In this document: positions 49,193 to 58,298 of the stretch, in pieces
Layout: each line of letters opens with the position of its first letter
How positions within the stretch are numbered: position 1 is the stretch's first letter
Source: Candidatus Omnitrophota bacterium
GTDB lineage: Bacteria; Omnitrophota; Gorgyraeia; Zapsychrales; Zapsychraceae
DNA length: 64,000 nucleotides
Direction: 5' to 3'
NCBI GenBank assembly: GCA_021108075.1
Contig: JAIORP010000158.1
Coordinates: forward strand, 5,740 to 69,739
Position numbers and translations under genes: made by a program
Notes under the pieces: generated by a model
What the model was told of the DNA's origin: nothing
Seen by the model: only the letters and a program-made list of their open reading frames with translations
The model's database searches: none

Positions 49193-51493
49193 CTACAATT
49201 TCAAAATGAGAATAAAAACAAAAACATTTAAGACCGCGCAAAAAATAGCGACCTGGTTGATCCCCCATAAAGGGATCATGACAATCCCAGCCAGAGCCGC
49301 ACCTATTGTAGCGCCTAAAACATCCATGGCATATAGATAACCCGCGTTCCTGGCTGACGAATCAGAAGAAAGACGCATGGGTTCTTCTTCTGAGCGTATG
49401 CGTGTGAATAAATATGTAGCTAAAGGATATTGAATGCCGCCGATAAATCCCGCAATGATGGGCAAAAAAGCAAATACAGTTCCAAACAAACCCATTAGAT
49501 AACGACCTTGAAAAACATCACGAAAAACAATAAAAAGAACAGGTAAAAATAGTGGATAAACGCAAACACCGCATTGAACATGTTTGTATGTCCTGATCAC
49601 ATTCGAAACGGGTTTCTTTAAAACTTTTCGGGCCGCCAGGACCCCAAAGACAAGACCAATCATAAAGGAAGAGACAATCAGGCCAATCTTGTAATACGCG
49701 TATCCATATAATGTCTGAAACGCGATGATGACGATAACCTGGTATATAATCTCAGAAAACCCTGTGGTCATAATCGAGAGGCTGAGCGGCCACGTCTTTT
49801 GTCTCTTAAACAAAATACCGATGAAACAGAGCACGAACGGAACAATCAGGACCTGCCAAAATTTTATCCCTCTCAGATAATTTATGAATTTCTTAAAACC
49901 TGTATTAAAATGAATGGACCAATGAATAATATCAAAAAGATATGCTACCGGGCGGGCATCTGAATTGATTTGACCCGGGTGTTGAAGGACATCCTGAATA
50001 TAGTCCATGCGGTCCGGACTCATCCGGAAAGGAATATAATATGATTGAACATACTGCGTGTCAATTTGTCGGTCCTGGAGACGCTGAACAAGCAAGTCGG
50101 GATCTAAACGGATCCCTCCTTTTTCATTTGACGCCAAGAAGATATGCGTATCACCCGGAATGGACTTTACATCAGTATAAACGTGCTGTAATGTTGTGTT
50201 GATTGATTGCAAAAATTCTTGCGTTTCATCATTCAGATAATTCTCTGAAGACGAGACACTCACAGAAATAATCCCCCCCGGGACCAACCGTTGATGTGCT
50301 TCCTTGAAAAATTCAAGGGTATAGTAACGATTGATCAAGGCCGTGTGCGGGTCAGATAAATTGAGAATAATCACATCATAACGATTTTTTGTTTGTTTGA
50401 CAAAATGGCGTGCGTCCTGCACAAAAATCCGGACTCGCCGTGACTTAAGAATGTTTGTAACGGAATCAGGTAAATGGTCTTCCGTTACCTGAATAACTTT
50501 CGGGTCCAATTCCAAATAATCAACACGGGACTGCGGATGCTTCAGAATTTCCTGAATACTACCCCCGAGTCCATTACCGATCAAAAGGATGTTTTTAGGG
50601 GCAGGATGGGTTAATAACGGATAATGGACACGTTCTTCACTGCTCAACGCATCATTCGTTGTAAAAACATGTAACCCATTCTGAAAAAGGCTGTATTCTC
50701 CATATCTTTTTAGCAAGGCAATGTTCCCGTACAGGGAATCCTCGATATGAACGATTTCATAGCCTTTCCATTGCTGTTGACGGCTCCATTGGTCGATTTT
50801 ATCTACGCCACCGCTGAACCATAGCCCGACTAAAAAAAACATCAAAACAAAATGTATTGTTCGCAATAAAAAATTTTTAGGATCGATCAAAATGGAACAA
50901 ATGCCAAGAATAATAACGGCCATCCCGCACACTAAAACCAGAGGAGACAAAAAATGGATGAGCACAAAACTAAAAACAACCCCGCCCAGGGCAGAGCCAA
51001 CAGCCTCCCACAGATAAACACCGCTGACACCGTGGATCTCAGGATGACGCGGCCCTTCATTGACCGGTGATCTTTGACTGAAGGCGCAAATCAGCGTGTA
51101 AAGGGCGCCCAGACAAAATGTCAAAGGAGCCAATAAAAAAAAAGAACTCACTGTCATCGATAGAATACCCACAATCTCACCGATGGGAATGTCCATAACA
51201 ATGAACAGGTTCCGGATACAAAGGATCGTGAGTGGAAGAATGAACAGAATGGACCAAAATCCCAATAAAATCCATCTGCGGGATTGTTGAAGTTTGTGGA
51301 TAAAGAAGCTGACAACAGAACTGCCAACGGCAATCCAGAATAACCAACTGGCCAATATGACAGCATAAGCTGTCTCATTTCCATAAAACACGGAAATCAA
51401 TTCACGGAGCAGTAAAACCTGGCTAATAATAGAAATGAATCCAAGCAAAAACGACAGGCATATTGATTGTGTTCGGTTTTGGTTCATTCTCAT
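49193..51493 (-). CDS. fused polytopic membrane / spermidine-synthase-like (polyamine aminopropyltransferase fold) protein
   Basis: 766 aa. About 7 N-terminal TM helices, a central Rossmann domain (ILLIGNGLGGSIQEIL...YLELDPKVI...YDVIILNLSDPHT...YTLEFF...LVPGGII) and 5-6 C-terminal TM helices. Confidence 0.75.
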   Translation of the reverse strand: MRMNQNRTQSICLSFLLGFISIISQVLLLRELISVFYGNETAYAVILASWLFWIAVGSSVVSFFIHKLQQSRRWILLGFWSILFILPLTILCIRNLFIVMDIPIGEIVGILSMTVSSFFLLAPLTFCLGALYTLICAFSQRSPVNEGPRHPEIHGVSGVYLWEAVGSALGGVVFSFVLIHFLSPLVLVCGMAVIILGICSILIDPKNFLLRTIHFVLMFFLVGLWFSGGVDKIDQWSRQQQWKGYEIVHIEDSLYGNIALLKRYGEYSLFQNGLHVFTTNDALSSEERVHYPLLTHPAPKNILLIGNGLGGSIQEILKHPQSRVDYLELDPKVIQVTEDHLPDSVTNILKSRRVRIFVQDARHFVKQTKNRYDVIILNLSDPHTALINRYYTLEFFKEAHQRLVPGGIISVSVSSSENYLNDETQEFLQSINTTLQHVYTDVKSIPGDTHIFLASNEKGGIRLDPDLLVQRLQDRQIDTQYVQSYYIPFRMSPDRMDYIQDVLQHPGQINSDARPVAYLFDIIHWSIHFNTGFKKFINYLRGIKFWQVLIVPFVLCFIGILFKRQKTWPLSLSIMTTGFSEIIYQVIVIIAFQTLYGYAYYKIGLIVSSFMIGLVFGVLAARKVLKKPVSNVIRTYKHVQCGVCVYPLFLPVLFIVFRDVFQGRYLMGLFGTVFAFLPIIAGFIGGIQYPLATYLFTRIRSEEEPMRLSSDSSARNAGYLYAMDVLGATIGAALAGIVMIPLWGINQVAIFCAVLNVFVFILILKL

Positions 51494-51533
51494 GTGTCTT
51501 GTGGTCCAGACTGCGGCATCTAAATAACGGCTT

Positions 51534-51615
51534 ATACCAAATCCATTAATAAATTGTTCTATCTTAATTCTGAAAAGCAGAATTGGGTTTGGTCATTATT
51601 TAATGGAATTGGTAT
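51534..51615. repeat. 82-bp MITE/REP-like element, copy 5 (orientation B)
   Basis: ataccaaatccattaataaattgttctatcttaattctgaaaagcagaattgggtttggtcattatttaatggaattggtat. Confidence 0.9.
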
Positions 51616-51650
51616 TATCGGCTCATCCATACAAAAAAGAACAAACGGGA

Positions 51651-52364
51651 TTAAAGAAATGATTCAACGACTTGTGCCCCTTCTGGAATACTCAGTGTAA
51701 ATATTTCCCGGGGAATATTCACATTCACTTGATAACTTTCATATTCAACAGACCTTATCGGTTTCCTTTTTGAATCATATATGTAATGTTTCATTTCCAG
51801 CCCATCTGCTACGCGGATATAATACGCGATAATAAATTCATGAACAGATCTTTCTTGATGATCTTCAAAACTCTCGGAAACAATTTGGTGGGATCTATGC
51901 TCAATCAAATACACCTCGTTTTCGCCTATCATATCCTTACGGACATAAAACAAACCCCCTTCGAACCCCGCGTTTTTCTTCAAGTTATCAGCAAAACAAA
52001 AGGACAATACCTGACTGGTATCATAAGGACGCTTGAGAATTTTTTCTCTACCGACTTCATAAGACCACAAAAATTGTCCATCCAGGATGTAGACGGATTG
52101 GACATTATCCGCGTTTGTTTCCGTGCGCAATATATTCGGTTTCTGCGCCCAAATTTTTTTATATATAAAATTGTTGTTATTAACCCCCTGATAATACCTT
52201 GTTCGCTCAATGGTTATGATCGTTTTCACGTTATCGGTCTTTTGCTTGATGTCGGCTAAAACTTGATCTGTCGTTAGACCTTTTTGATTGGCTTCAACCG
52301 CCGTAACACAGCAAATAAAAAACAGGATACCGTAAAACATTCTTTTTCTTAACATGAGAGACAT
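51651..52364 (-). CDS. LolA-like outer-membrane lipoprotein-sorting/carrier-fold protein (secreted)
   Basis: Signal peptide. Size and beta-rich composition are typical of LolA/LppX-like DUF4292 proteins. Bracketed by two direct MITE copies. Confidence 0.45.
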   Translation of the reverse strand: MSLMLRKRMFYGILFFICCVTAVEANQKGLTTDQVLADIKQKTDNVKTIITIERTRYYQGVNNNNFIYKKIWAQKPNILRTETNADNVQSVYILDGQFLWSYEVGREKILKRPYDTSQVLSFCFADNLKKNAGFEGGLFYVRKDMIGENEVYLIEHRSHQIVSESFEDHQERSVHEFIIAYYIRVADGLEMKHYIYDSKRKPIRSVEYESYQVNVNIPREIFTLSIPEGAQVVESFL

Positions 52365-52481
52365 CCTTTTGGTTTAACTCACATTTCGAATAAAAAATAT
52401 GAAGTTTCAATTTAAACTGAAGACAAAAGGACAGACGCATATTCTATGCCGCTGTCCTTTTGTCTTCAAAACTCAATTGTT

Positions 52482-52563
52482 ATACCAAATCCATTAATTA
52501 ATTGTTCTATTTTAATTCTGAAAAACAGAATTGGTTTTGGTCATTATTTAATGGAATTGGTAT
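52482..52563. repeat. 82-bp MITE/REP-like element, copy 6 (orientation B)
   Basis: ataccaaatccattaattaattgttctattttaattctgaaaaacagaattggttttggtcattatttaatggaattggtat. Lies immediately 3' of the PFOR stop. Confidence 0.9.
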
Positions 52564-52580
52564 TATCATGGACAAATAAT

Positions 52581-55500
52581 CTATCCCTGCCATCGATCTT
52601 TTAACGCTTGATAGCGTTGCCACTTTTCATCAACATCTTTTTGCGCCAGCACAATTAACTTCTTAGCGCGTTCCGGCTTTGCTTTAGTAAGCATTTTAAA
52701 ACGCATTTCACTGTAGGCAAATTCCTCAAAGGACATCTTCGGCGCCTGGGAATCCAAGCTAAATGGATTTTTTCCTTCAGAGGACAGACGAGGATCATAA
52801 CGGAAAAGCGGCCAATGGCCAGAGGCGACAGCTGCTTTTTGATTACCTAATCCTGTGGTCATATTGATCCCATGGGCAATACAATGCGAATAAGCGAGAA
52901 TTAATGAAGGGCCATCATAACTTTCCGCTTCAATAAAAGTTTTAACGGTATGCGCATCATTTGCCCCCATTGCAACCTGGCCGACATACACCGTGCCATA
53001 ATTGATATAAATCATGGCCAAGTCTTTCTTTGCTAATGGCTTCCCATCAGCGGCAAATTTTGCCACAGCCGCACGGGGAGTCGCTTTTGACGCCTGGCCA
53101 CCGGTATTAGAATAAACTTCCGTGTCTAAGACCAGCACATTCACATTGCGGCCTGAGGCTAATACATGGTCAAGTCCACCGTAACCGATGTCATAGGCCC
53201 AACCGTCACCTCCAATGATCCAGACACTCTTCTTGACAAGCATGTCAGCGATACTCAACAATTGAGCCGCTTCAGAAGAACTGTCTCCTTTTATTTTGTC
53301 CTTTAACGCGGCAACACGTTCGCGTTGTTCAAAAATGCCGGACTCTTCGGTTTGGTCTGCTTCTAAAATAGACTGCGCCAAATCATCTCCGATCCTGGAA
53401 GACAATTTCTTAACCAGTTCTTGAGCGTATTCTTTTTGCTTATCAATGGTTAAACGAAAACCGAAACCGAATTCAGCATTGTCCTCAAACAAGGAATTGG
53501 ACCAGGCAGGGCCACGGCCTTCCAAGTTCGTTGTATACGGCGTTGTTGGCAGGTTTCCACCATAAATGGACGAGCAACCAGTCGCGTTGGAGATGATCAT
53601 TCGATCGCCGAACAATTGTGTTGCTAACTTAATATAGGGGGTTTCCCCACAGCCCGCGCACGCACCGGAGAATTCAAACAACGGCTGCAAGGCTTGAACA
53701 GTGCGAACTGTCGTTCTTTTAACAAGTTTACGGTCTATCTCAGGAATCGTCAGGAAGAATTCCCAATTCTCGCGTTCACGTTCCCGAATTTCAATTTGCG
53801 GCTCCATGTTGATCGCTTTACGGCCTTCGACTTCTTTGTTTTTGGCCGGACAAACATAAAGACAAGCCCCACATCCGGTACAGTCTTCAACCGAAACCTG
53901 GAGGGTAAACTTTTGTCCTTCCCATTCTTTGACTTTTGAGTTTGCCGATTTAAAATCTGCCGGTGCTCCCTCTAAATATTTCGGATCATAAACCTTCATC
54001 CGGATAACCGCATGCGGACAGACAATCGAACACTTGCCGCATTGAATACAAACATTCTGATCCCATACGGGAACTGACAATGCCACGTTTCTTTTCTCCC
54101 ATTGCGTCGTTCCGCAAGGGAATGTGCCGTCATCCGGCATCGCGCCAACAGTTAAGGTATCGCCTTTACCAGCAAGGATCCTGGCCGTAACTGTTTGAAC
54201 AAAATCCGGGGCTTTGTCAGAGACCACCAACGGTTTCTTAATCTTACTATTGGCGTCTTGCGGATAATTCACTTCATGCAAATGGGCCAGGGCCTGGTCA
54301 ACGGCATTGTAATTTTTCCGCACAATTTCGTCACCTTTTTTGCCATAGGCCTTTTGAATCGCCTTTTTGATCTGCGCGATCGCTTCGTCTTTCGGTAAAA
54401 CACCGGAAATAGTGAAGAAACACGTTTGCATAATGGTGTTGATCCGCACACCCATGCCAGTTTTTTCCGCCACTTCATAACCATCGATCACATAGAACTT
54501 TAACTTTTTATCGATAATTTGTTTTTGGACTTCAACAGGGATATTTTCCCAAATGTTGTCAGGTCCCCAAGGACTATTCAAAAGGAAAACTCCGCCTTCT
54601 TTTATTTTTTCAAGAACATCATATTTTTCCAGGAACACAAACTGGTGACAGGCGACAAATTGAGCCCGGGTAACGAGATATGTTGAACGGATCGGGTTCG
54701 GCCCGAAACGGAGGTGAGAAACCGTAACCGAACCGGCTTTCTTTGAGTCATAGACAAAATAACCCTGGGCAAAGTTCTCTGTTTCTTCCCCGATAATCTT
54801 AATCGAATTCTTGTTCGCACCAACAGTTCCATCAGAACCCAAACCATAAAAAACGGCTTGAACACCTTGTTCATCTTCTGTGTGGAAACTTGAATCAAAA
54901 TCTAAACTCAGATGGGTGACATCATCTTGTATACCGATTGTGAAATGATTTTTTGGTTTCTCTTTTCCTAATTCATCAAAAACTCCTTTAACCATAGCAG
55001 ATGTAAATTCTTTGGAAGATAGACCGTAACGACCACCCACAACTTTCGGCGGCGTATCAAAAGTGCTGAACTCATACAGGGCATTAACCACATCCAGGTA
55101 TAACGGCTCTCCACCAGCACCGGGTTCTTTGGTCCGGTCAAGTACAGCAATTTTCTTCGTTGATTTTGGCAATGCCGCAATAAGGTGTTTTGCTGAGAAA
55201 GGACGGTATAAACGGACTTTTAAAACGCCGACTTTTTCACCCCGGGTCAATAAACAATCAACCGTTTCATGACATGTTTCTGCGCCAGATGTCATGAGGA
55301 TGATGACCTTCTCGGCATCAGGGGCACCAACATAATCAAAAAGGTTGTATTGACGGCCCGTTAATTTTGCGAATTTGTCCATCACGTCCTGAACAATTTG
55401 CGGACAAGCATCATAATATTTGTTCACGGTTTCTCGTGCCTGAAAAAAAACATCCGGATTCTGAGCTGTTCCCCGGACAACAGGACGGTCAGAAGATAAG

Positions 55501-56129
55501 GCTCTTTGGCGATGGGCAATGACGAGCCGGTCATCGATCATTGAACGGATATCTTCTTCGGTTAACTGTTCAATTTTTGATATTTCATGTGAAGTCCTGA
55601 ATCCATCAAAGAAATGGACAAACGGAATGCGGGACTTAAGCGTCGCCGCGTGAGAGATTAAAGCCATATCCATGACTTCCTGTACGGAAGAGGAGGACAA
55701 CATACCAAACCCTGTCGAACGGGCAGCCATGACATCAGAATGATCCCCAAAAATGGAAAGCGCATGTGTCGCGACAGTTCTGGCTGATACGTGAAACACG
55801 ACCGGTGATAATTCACCTGAAATCTTAAACATGTTCGGGATCATCAATAATAATCCCTGGGATGCCGTAAATGTTGTTGTCAACGCTCCCGTTTGGGTCG
55901 CACCATGAACCGAGCCGGAAGCCCCGCCCTCACTCTGCATCTCCTGGACGAGAGGAATCGTCCCCCAAATATTGGTTTGACCTTCAGCAGACCATTGATC
56001 CGCCCATTCACCCATATTTGATGATGGCGTTATTGGATAAATGGCAATGACCTCACTGACCTTATGCGCGACATAGGCCGCCGCTTCATTTCCGTCAATC
56101 GTTACTTTTTTTCTGTCCATAAAGCTCAA
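52581..56129 (-). CDS. nifJ: pyruvate:ferredoxin (flavodoxin) oxidoreductase, fused homodimeric type
   Basis: 1182 aa. N-terminus MSFMDRKKVTIDGNEAAAYVAHKVSEVIAIYPITPSS, two ferredoxin 4Fe-4S motifs (CIQCGKCSIVCP, CTGCGACLYVCP) and a TPP-binding GDG region. Confidence 0.95.
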   Translation of the reverse strand: MSFMDRKKVTIDGNEAAAYVAHKVSEVIAIYPITPSSNMGEWADQWSAEGQTNIWGTIPLVQEMQSEGGASGSVHGATQTGALTTTFTASQGLLLMIPNMFKISGELSPVVFHVSARTVATHALSIFGDHSDVMAARSTGFGMLSSSSVQEVMDMALISHAATLKSRIPFVHFFDGFRTSHEISKIEQLTEEDIRSMIDDRLVIAHRQRALSSDRPVVRGTAQNPDVFFQARETVNKYYDACPQIVQDVMDKFAKLTGRQYNLFDYVGAPDAEKVIILMTSGAETCHETVDCLLTRGEKVGVLKVRLYRPFSAKHLIAALPKSTKKIAVLDRTKEPGAGGEPLYLDVVNALYEFSTFDTPPKVVGGRYGLSSKEFTSAMVKGVFDELGKEKPKNHFTIGIQDDVTHLSLDFDSSFHTEDEQGVQAVFYGLGSDGTVGANKNSIKIIGEETENFAQGYFVYDSKKAGSVTVSHLRFGPNPIRSTYLVTRAQFVACHQFVFLEKYDVLEKIKEGGVFLLNSPWGPDNIWENIPVEVQKQIIDKKLKFYVIDGYEVAEKTGMGVRINTIMQTCFFTISGVLPKDEAIAQIKKAIQKAYGKKGDEIVRKNYNAVDQALAHLHEVNYPQDANSKIKKPLVVSDKAPDFVQTVTARILAGKGDTLTVGAMPDDGTFPCGTTQWEKRNVALSVPVWDQNVCIQCGKCSIVCPHAVIRMKVYDPKYLEGAPADFKSANSKVKEWEGQKFTLQVSVEDCTGCGACLYVCPAKNKEVEGRKAINMEPQIEIRERERENWEFFLTIPEIDRKLVKRTTVRTVQALQPLFEFSGACAGCGETPYIKLATQLFGDRMIISNATGCSSIYGGNLPTTPYTTNLEGRGPAWSNSLFEDNAEFGFGFRLTIDKQKEYAQELVKKLSSRIGDDLAQSILEADQTEESGIFEQRERVAALKDKIKGDSSSEAAQLLSIADMLVKKSVWIIGGDGWAYDIGYGGLDHVLASGRNVNVLVLDTEVYSNTGGQASKATPRAAVAKFAADGKPLAKKDLAMIYINYGTVYVGQVAMGANDAHTVKTFIEAESYDGPSLILAYSHCIAHGINMTTGLGNQKAAVASGHWPLFRYDPRLSSEGKNPFSLDSQAPKMSFEEFAYSEMRFKMLTKAKPERAKKLIVLAQKDVDEKWQRYQALKDRWQG

Positions 56130-56313
56130 ACCTTTCTTTTATAAAAATTATCGTATTATTAAAGTTTAAATTTAAAATCCTAAAATTCTTTATTATTTTT
56201 TCCCTAATTATAGTTCTAAAACGCGTTACGTCAAATAATAATTCTAACGCGAAAAATTCAATATTATTAACAACGTATTGTGCGCTGATGATGGCAAATC
56301 GAAACCGGAGAAA

Positions 56314-56820
56314 CTACCTCTTTGAATAATAATGATCGAGACTAAAATAAGATGATAAATTAATCTTTTTATAAAGGACAAATGCCAATACAAGGACACC
56401 CACATCCAGAATGATCACAGCATGAAGAGGCATATGAACGAGATCACCAAAACAACCACAATTATCGATCTGTAATTTTCTTACAATCGCCTGAGAAACA
56501 ACGACAATAAACGTCAATGACAACACGCTGTAACCCCATAAGCAAAGCTTGATCCATAAGCCTAAAAGCAAAAAAACGCCTAAGAAAAATTCTATCCATG
56601 GGAAAAAAAATGCGGCAATGCGCTCAAGGGTATAGTTATGAACAATATCATAGCCCTGAAGCACGTAAACAAAATTTTCATATGGCTGCATTAACTTCTC
56701 TATTCCAGAAGACACATACAAAAGACCTAACAATAAACGAACGATAAAAAATAAATTAAATTTCTGCATACGATCAGTTTGCCTGGCTTCCTTTTGGAAT
56801 TTCTTGTGCGGCTGAAGCAC
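56314..56820 (-). CDS. DoxX-family membrane protein
   Basis: Four TM helices with a DoxX-like N-terminus (LLLGLLYVSSGIEKL). Probable start at the internal M at about 56769. Adjacent to the DsbA-like gene. Confidence 0.55.
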   Translation of the reverse strand: MLQPHKKFQKEARQTDRMQKFNLFFIVRLLLGLLYVSSGIEKLMQPYENFVYVLQGYDIVHNYTLERIAAFFFPWIEFFLGVFLLLGLWIKLCLWGYSVLSLTFIVVVSQAIVRKLQIDNCGCFGDLVHMPLHAVIILDVGVLVLAFVLYKKINLSSYFSLDHYYSKR

Positions 56821-57487
56821 TTTCTTTAAAATACTTCTTAAATTCTTCTTTTAATGCGATATGGCCGACAACTCTTTTCCCGTTAATGAAATAGGTCGGT
56901 GTCGCTCTAACCCCCATATTGTTTCCTAATTCTTTTTCCTTGATAATCACTTTTTCGACTTTTGGGTCCGCGACACATTGACGGATCTGTTCCATGTCCA
57001 AATCAATGTCTTCAGCTATTTTCAACAAATAACGAAAAACAGCATCGCCTTTGGCTCTATGAATGGTCTTTACCTGTGAGATTAACCTGTCATGATACTC
57101 CCAAAATTTACCCTGCGCCCCTGCGCATTCAGCATAAACAGCTGACGGTAAAGAATTTGGATACAGGGGATAGTAATGATAGACCAAACGCATATCATCG
57201 GGATACTTCTTCATGTATTCATTGAGGACTCTGGAACCGACCGCGCAGGCCGGACAAAGAAAATCGGTAAACTCTTCAATTTTGACAGCCGCCTGGGAGG
57301 GACCTTTTGTTCTGGGGTACTGCTGCGGGGACGTCACACCGAAGTCATTCTTCTTCAGCCCTTTTAACGTATGAATGAAAAATATCAGCGCGACCATGAC
57401 AAGCACAACCGCTAATGTAAAATAAATTTTTTGTTTTGATCCACTCTGTGACATGATCCATCCTTTATCTTTGACCATTTGGGACAA
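56774..57487 (-). CDS. DsbA-family thiol:disulfide oxidoreductase (membrane-anchored)
   Basis: N-terminal TM, thioredoxin-fold CPAC active site (FTDFLCPACAVG) and cis-Pro region (RATPTYFING). Confidence 0.8.
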   Translation of the reverse strand: MSQMVKDKGWIMSQSGSKQKIYFTLAVVLVMVALIFFIHTLKGLKKNDFGVTSPQQYPRTKGPSQAAVKIEEFTDFLCPACAVGSRVLNEYMKKYPDDMRLVYHYYPLYPNSLPSAVYAECAGAQGKFWEYHDRLISQVKTIHRAKGDAVFRYLLKIAEDIDLDMEQIRQCVADPKVEKVIIKEKELGNNMGVRATPTYFINGKRVVGHIALKEEFKKYFKESASAAQEIPKGSQAN

Positions 57488-57536
57488 TCAAATTACATTG
57501 ATTTTAATACATTTCCTTATTTTCACAAACAAAAAA

Positions 57537-58298
57537 TTAAATCTTCGTGACAGCCAAAGACCGGCTCCAACCCATCTTCCCATCCAACCGTTGAACTTTA
57601 ATCCAATCCTCCCGCTGTTCAATGATTCGCACGCGGGTGCCGTCAAAAAGTGTGAAATGTTTTGTCGCCTTCATTTGCGGCTCAAAAAGCGCATCCTCTT
57701 GCCCGATCATAACAGCGGCCCCAGCCTCAATATCCTTTTTATAAAAAAACGTTATCAGATGGAGAACCAATAAGACAGCGATGAGACCGAGAACAACGCG
57801 CGTGATGACGGAAGACCACCTCGAGCACATAAAAACGACTGCCGAGATCAACCCGCAGGCATAAAGAACAAAAATAATTCTTGCGATCAGGTCTAATGAA
57901 AATTGCCGGTGATACGAATCAAGCATTCTTTTGATGAAAGGAGGATTTTGGGTGGAACTGGTTTTTTTGACTTGTGATAACGCAAAGGCATAATTAGCCC
58001 TTAGATCACTATCTTTCGGAATGTATTTTCTGGCCCGTTCATAATTTAAAATGGCCATCCCGACTCGACCTGTCTTGAAATAGCTGTTACCTAAATTATA
58101 ATAGAGCGCCCCGCTCGCTTGACCGTCATTCAAAATCTGTTCGTAAAGAAGAATGGCCTCCTGATACTGACCTTGCCGGTAACGGTCATTCGCTTGTTCA
58201 AATATTTTTGTAAAAGCGCAAACGTCCCGGGGTATCAAGCTCAACGCGGCAAAGGCTAAAAATAAAAAAACAATAATATCACTTCTTTTCATTTCCAT
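57537..58298 (-). CDS. batE: BatE-like TPR + SH3b domain aerotolerance-operon protein
   Basis: Signal peptide, TPRs (GALYYNLGNSYFKTGR), a TM helix and a C-terminal SH3b-like domain (WIKVQRLDGKMGWSRS). Confidence 0.6.
   Translation of the reverse strand: MEMKRSDIIVFLFLAFAALSLIPRDVCAFTKIFEQANDRYRQGQYQEAILLYEQILNDGQASGALYYNLGNSYFKTGRVGMAILNYERARKYIPKDSDLRANYAFALSQVKKTSSTQNPPFIKRMLDSYHRQFSLDLIARIIFVLYACGLISAVVFMCSRWSSVITRVVLGLIAVLLVLHLITFFYKKDIEAGAAVMIGQEDALFEPQMKATKHFTLFDGTRVRIIEQREDWIKVQRLDGKMGWSRSLAVTKI

Noticed and set aside
49155-49340. 61-aa plus-strand ORF at the 3' end of the spermidine-synthase-like gene
   Set aside because: It overlaps the C-terminal TM region of a 766-aa gene on the opposite strand and is likely spurious.
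57453-57773. Plus-strand 106-aa ORF overlapping the DsbA start and batE end
   Set aside because: It is antisense to two well-supported genes, has no RBS context and a low-complexity translation.
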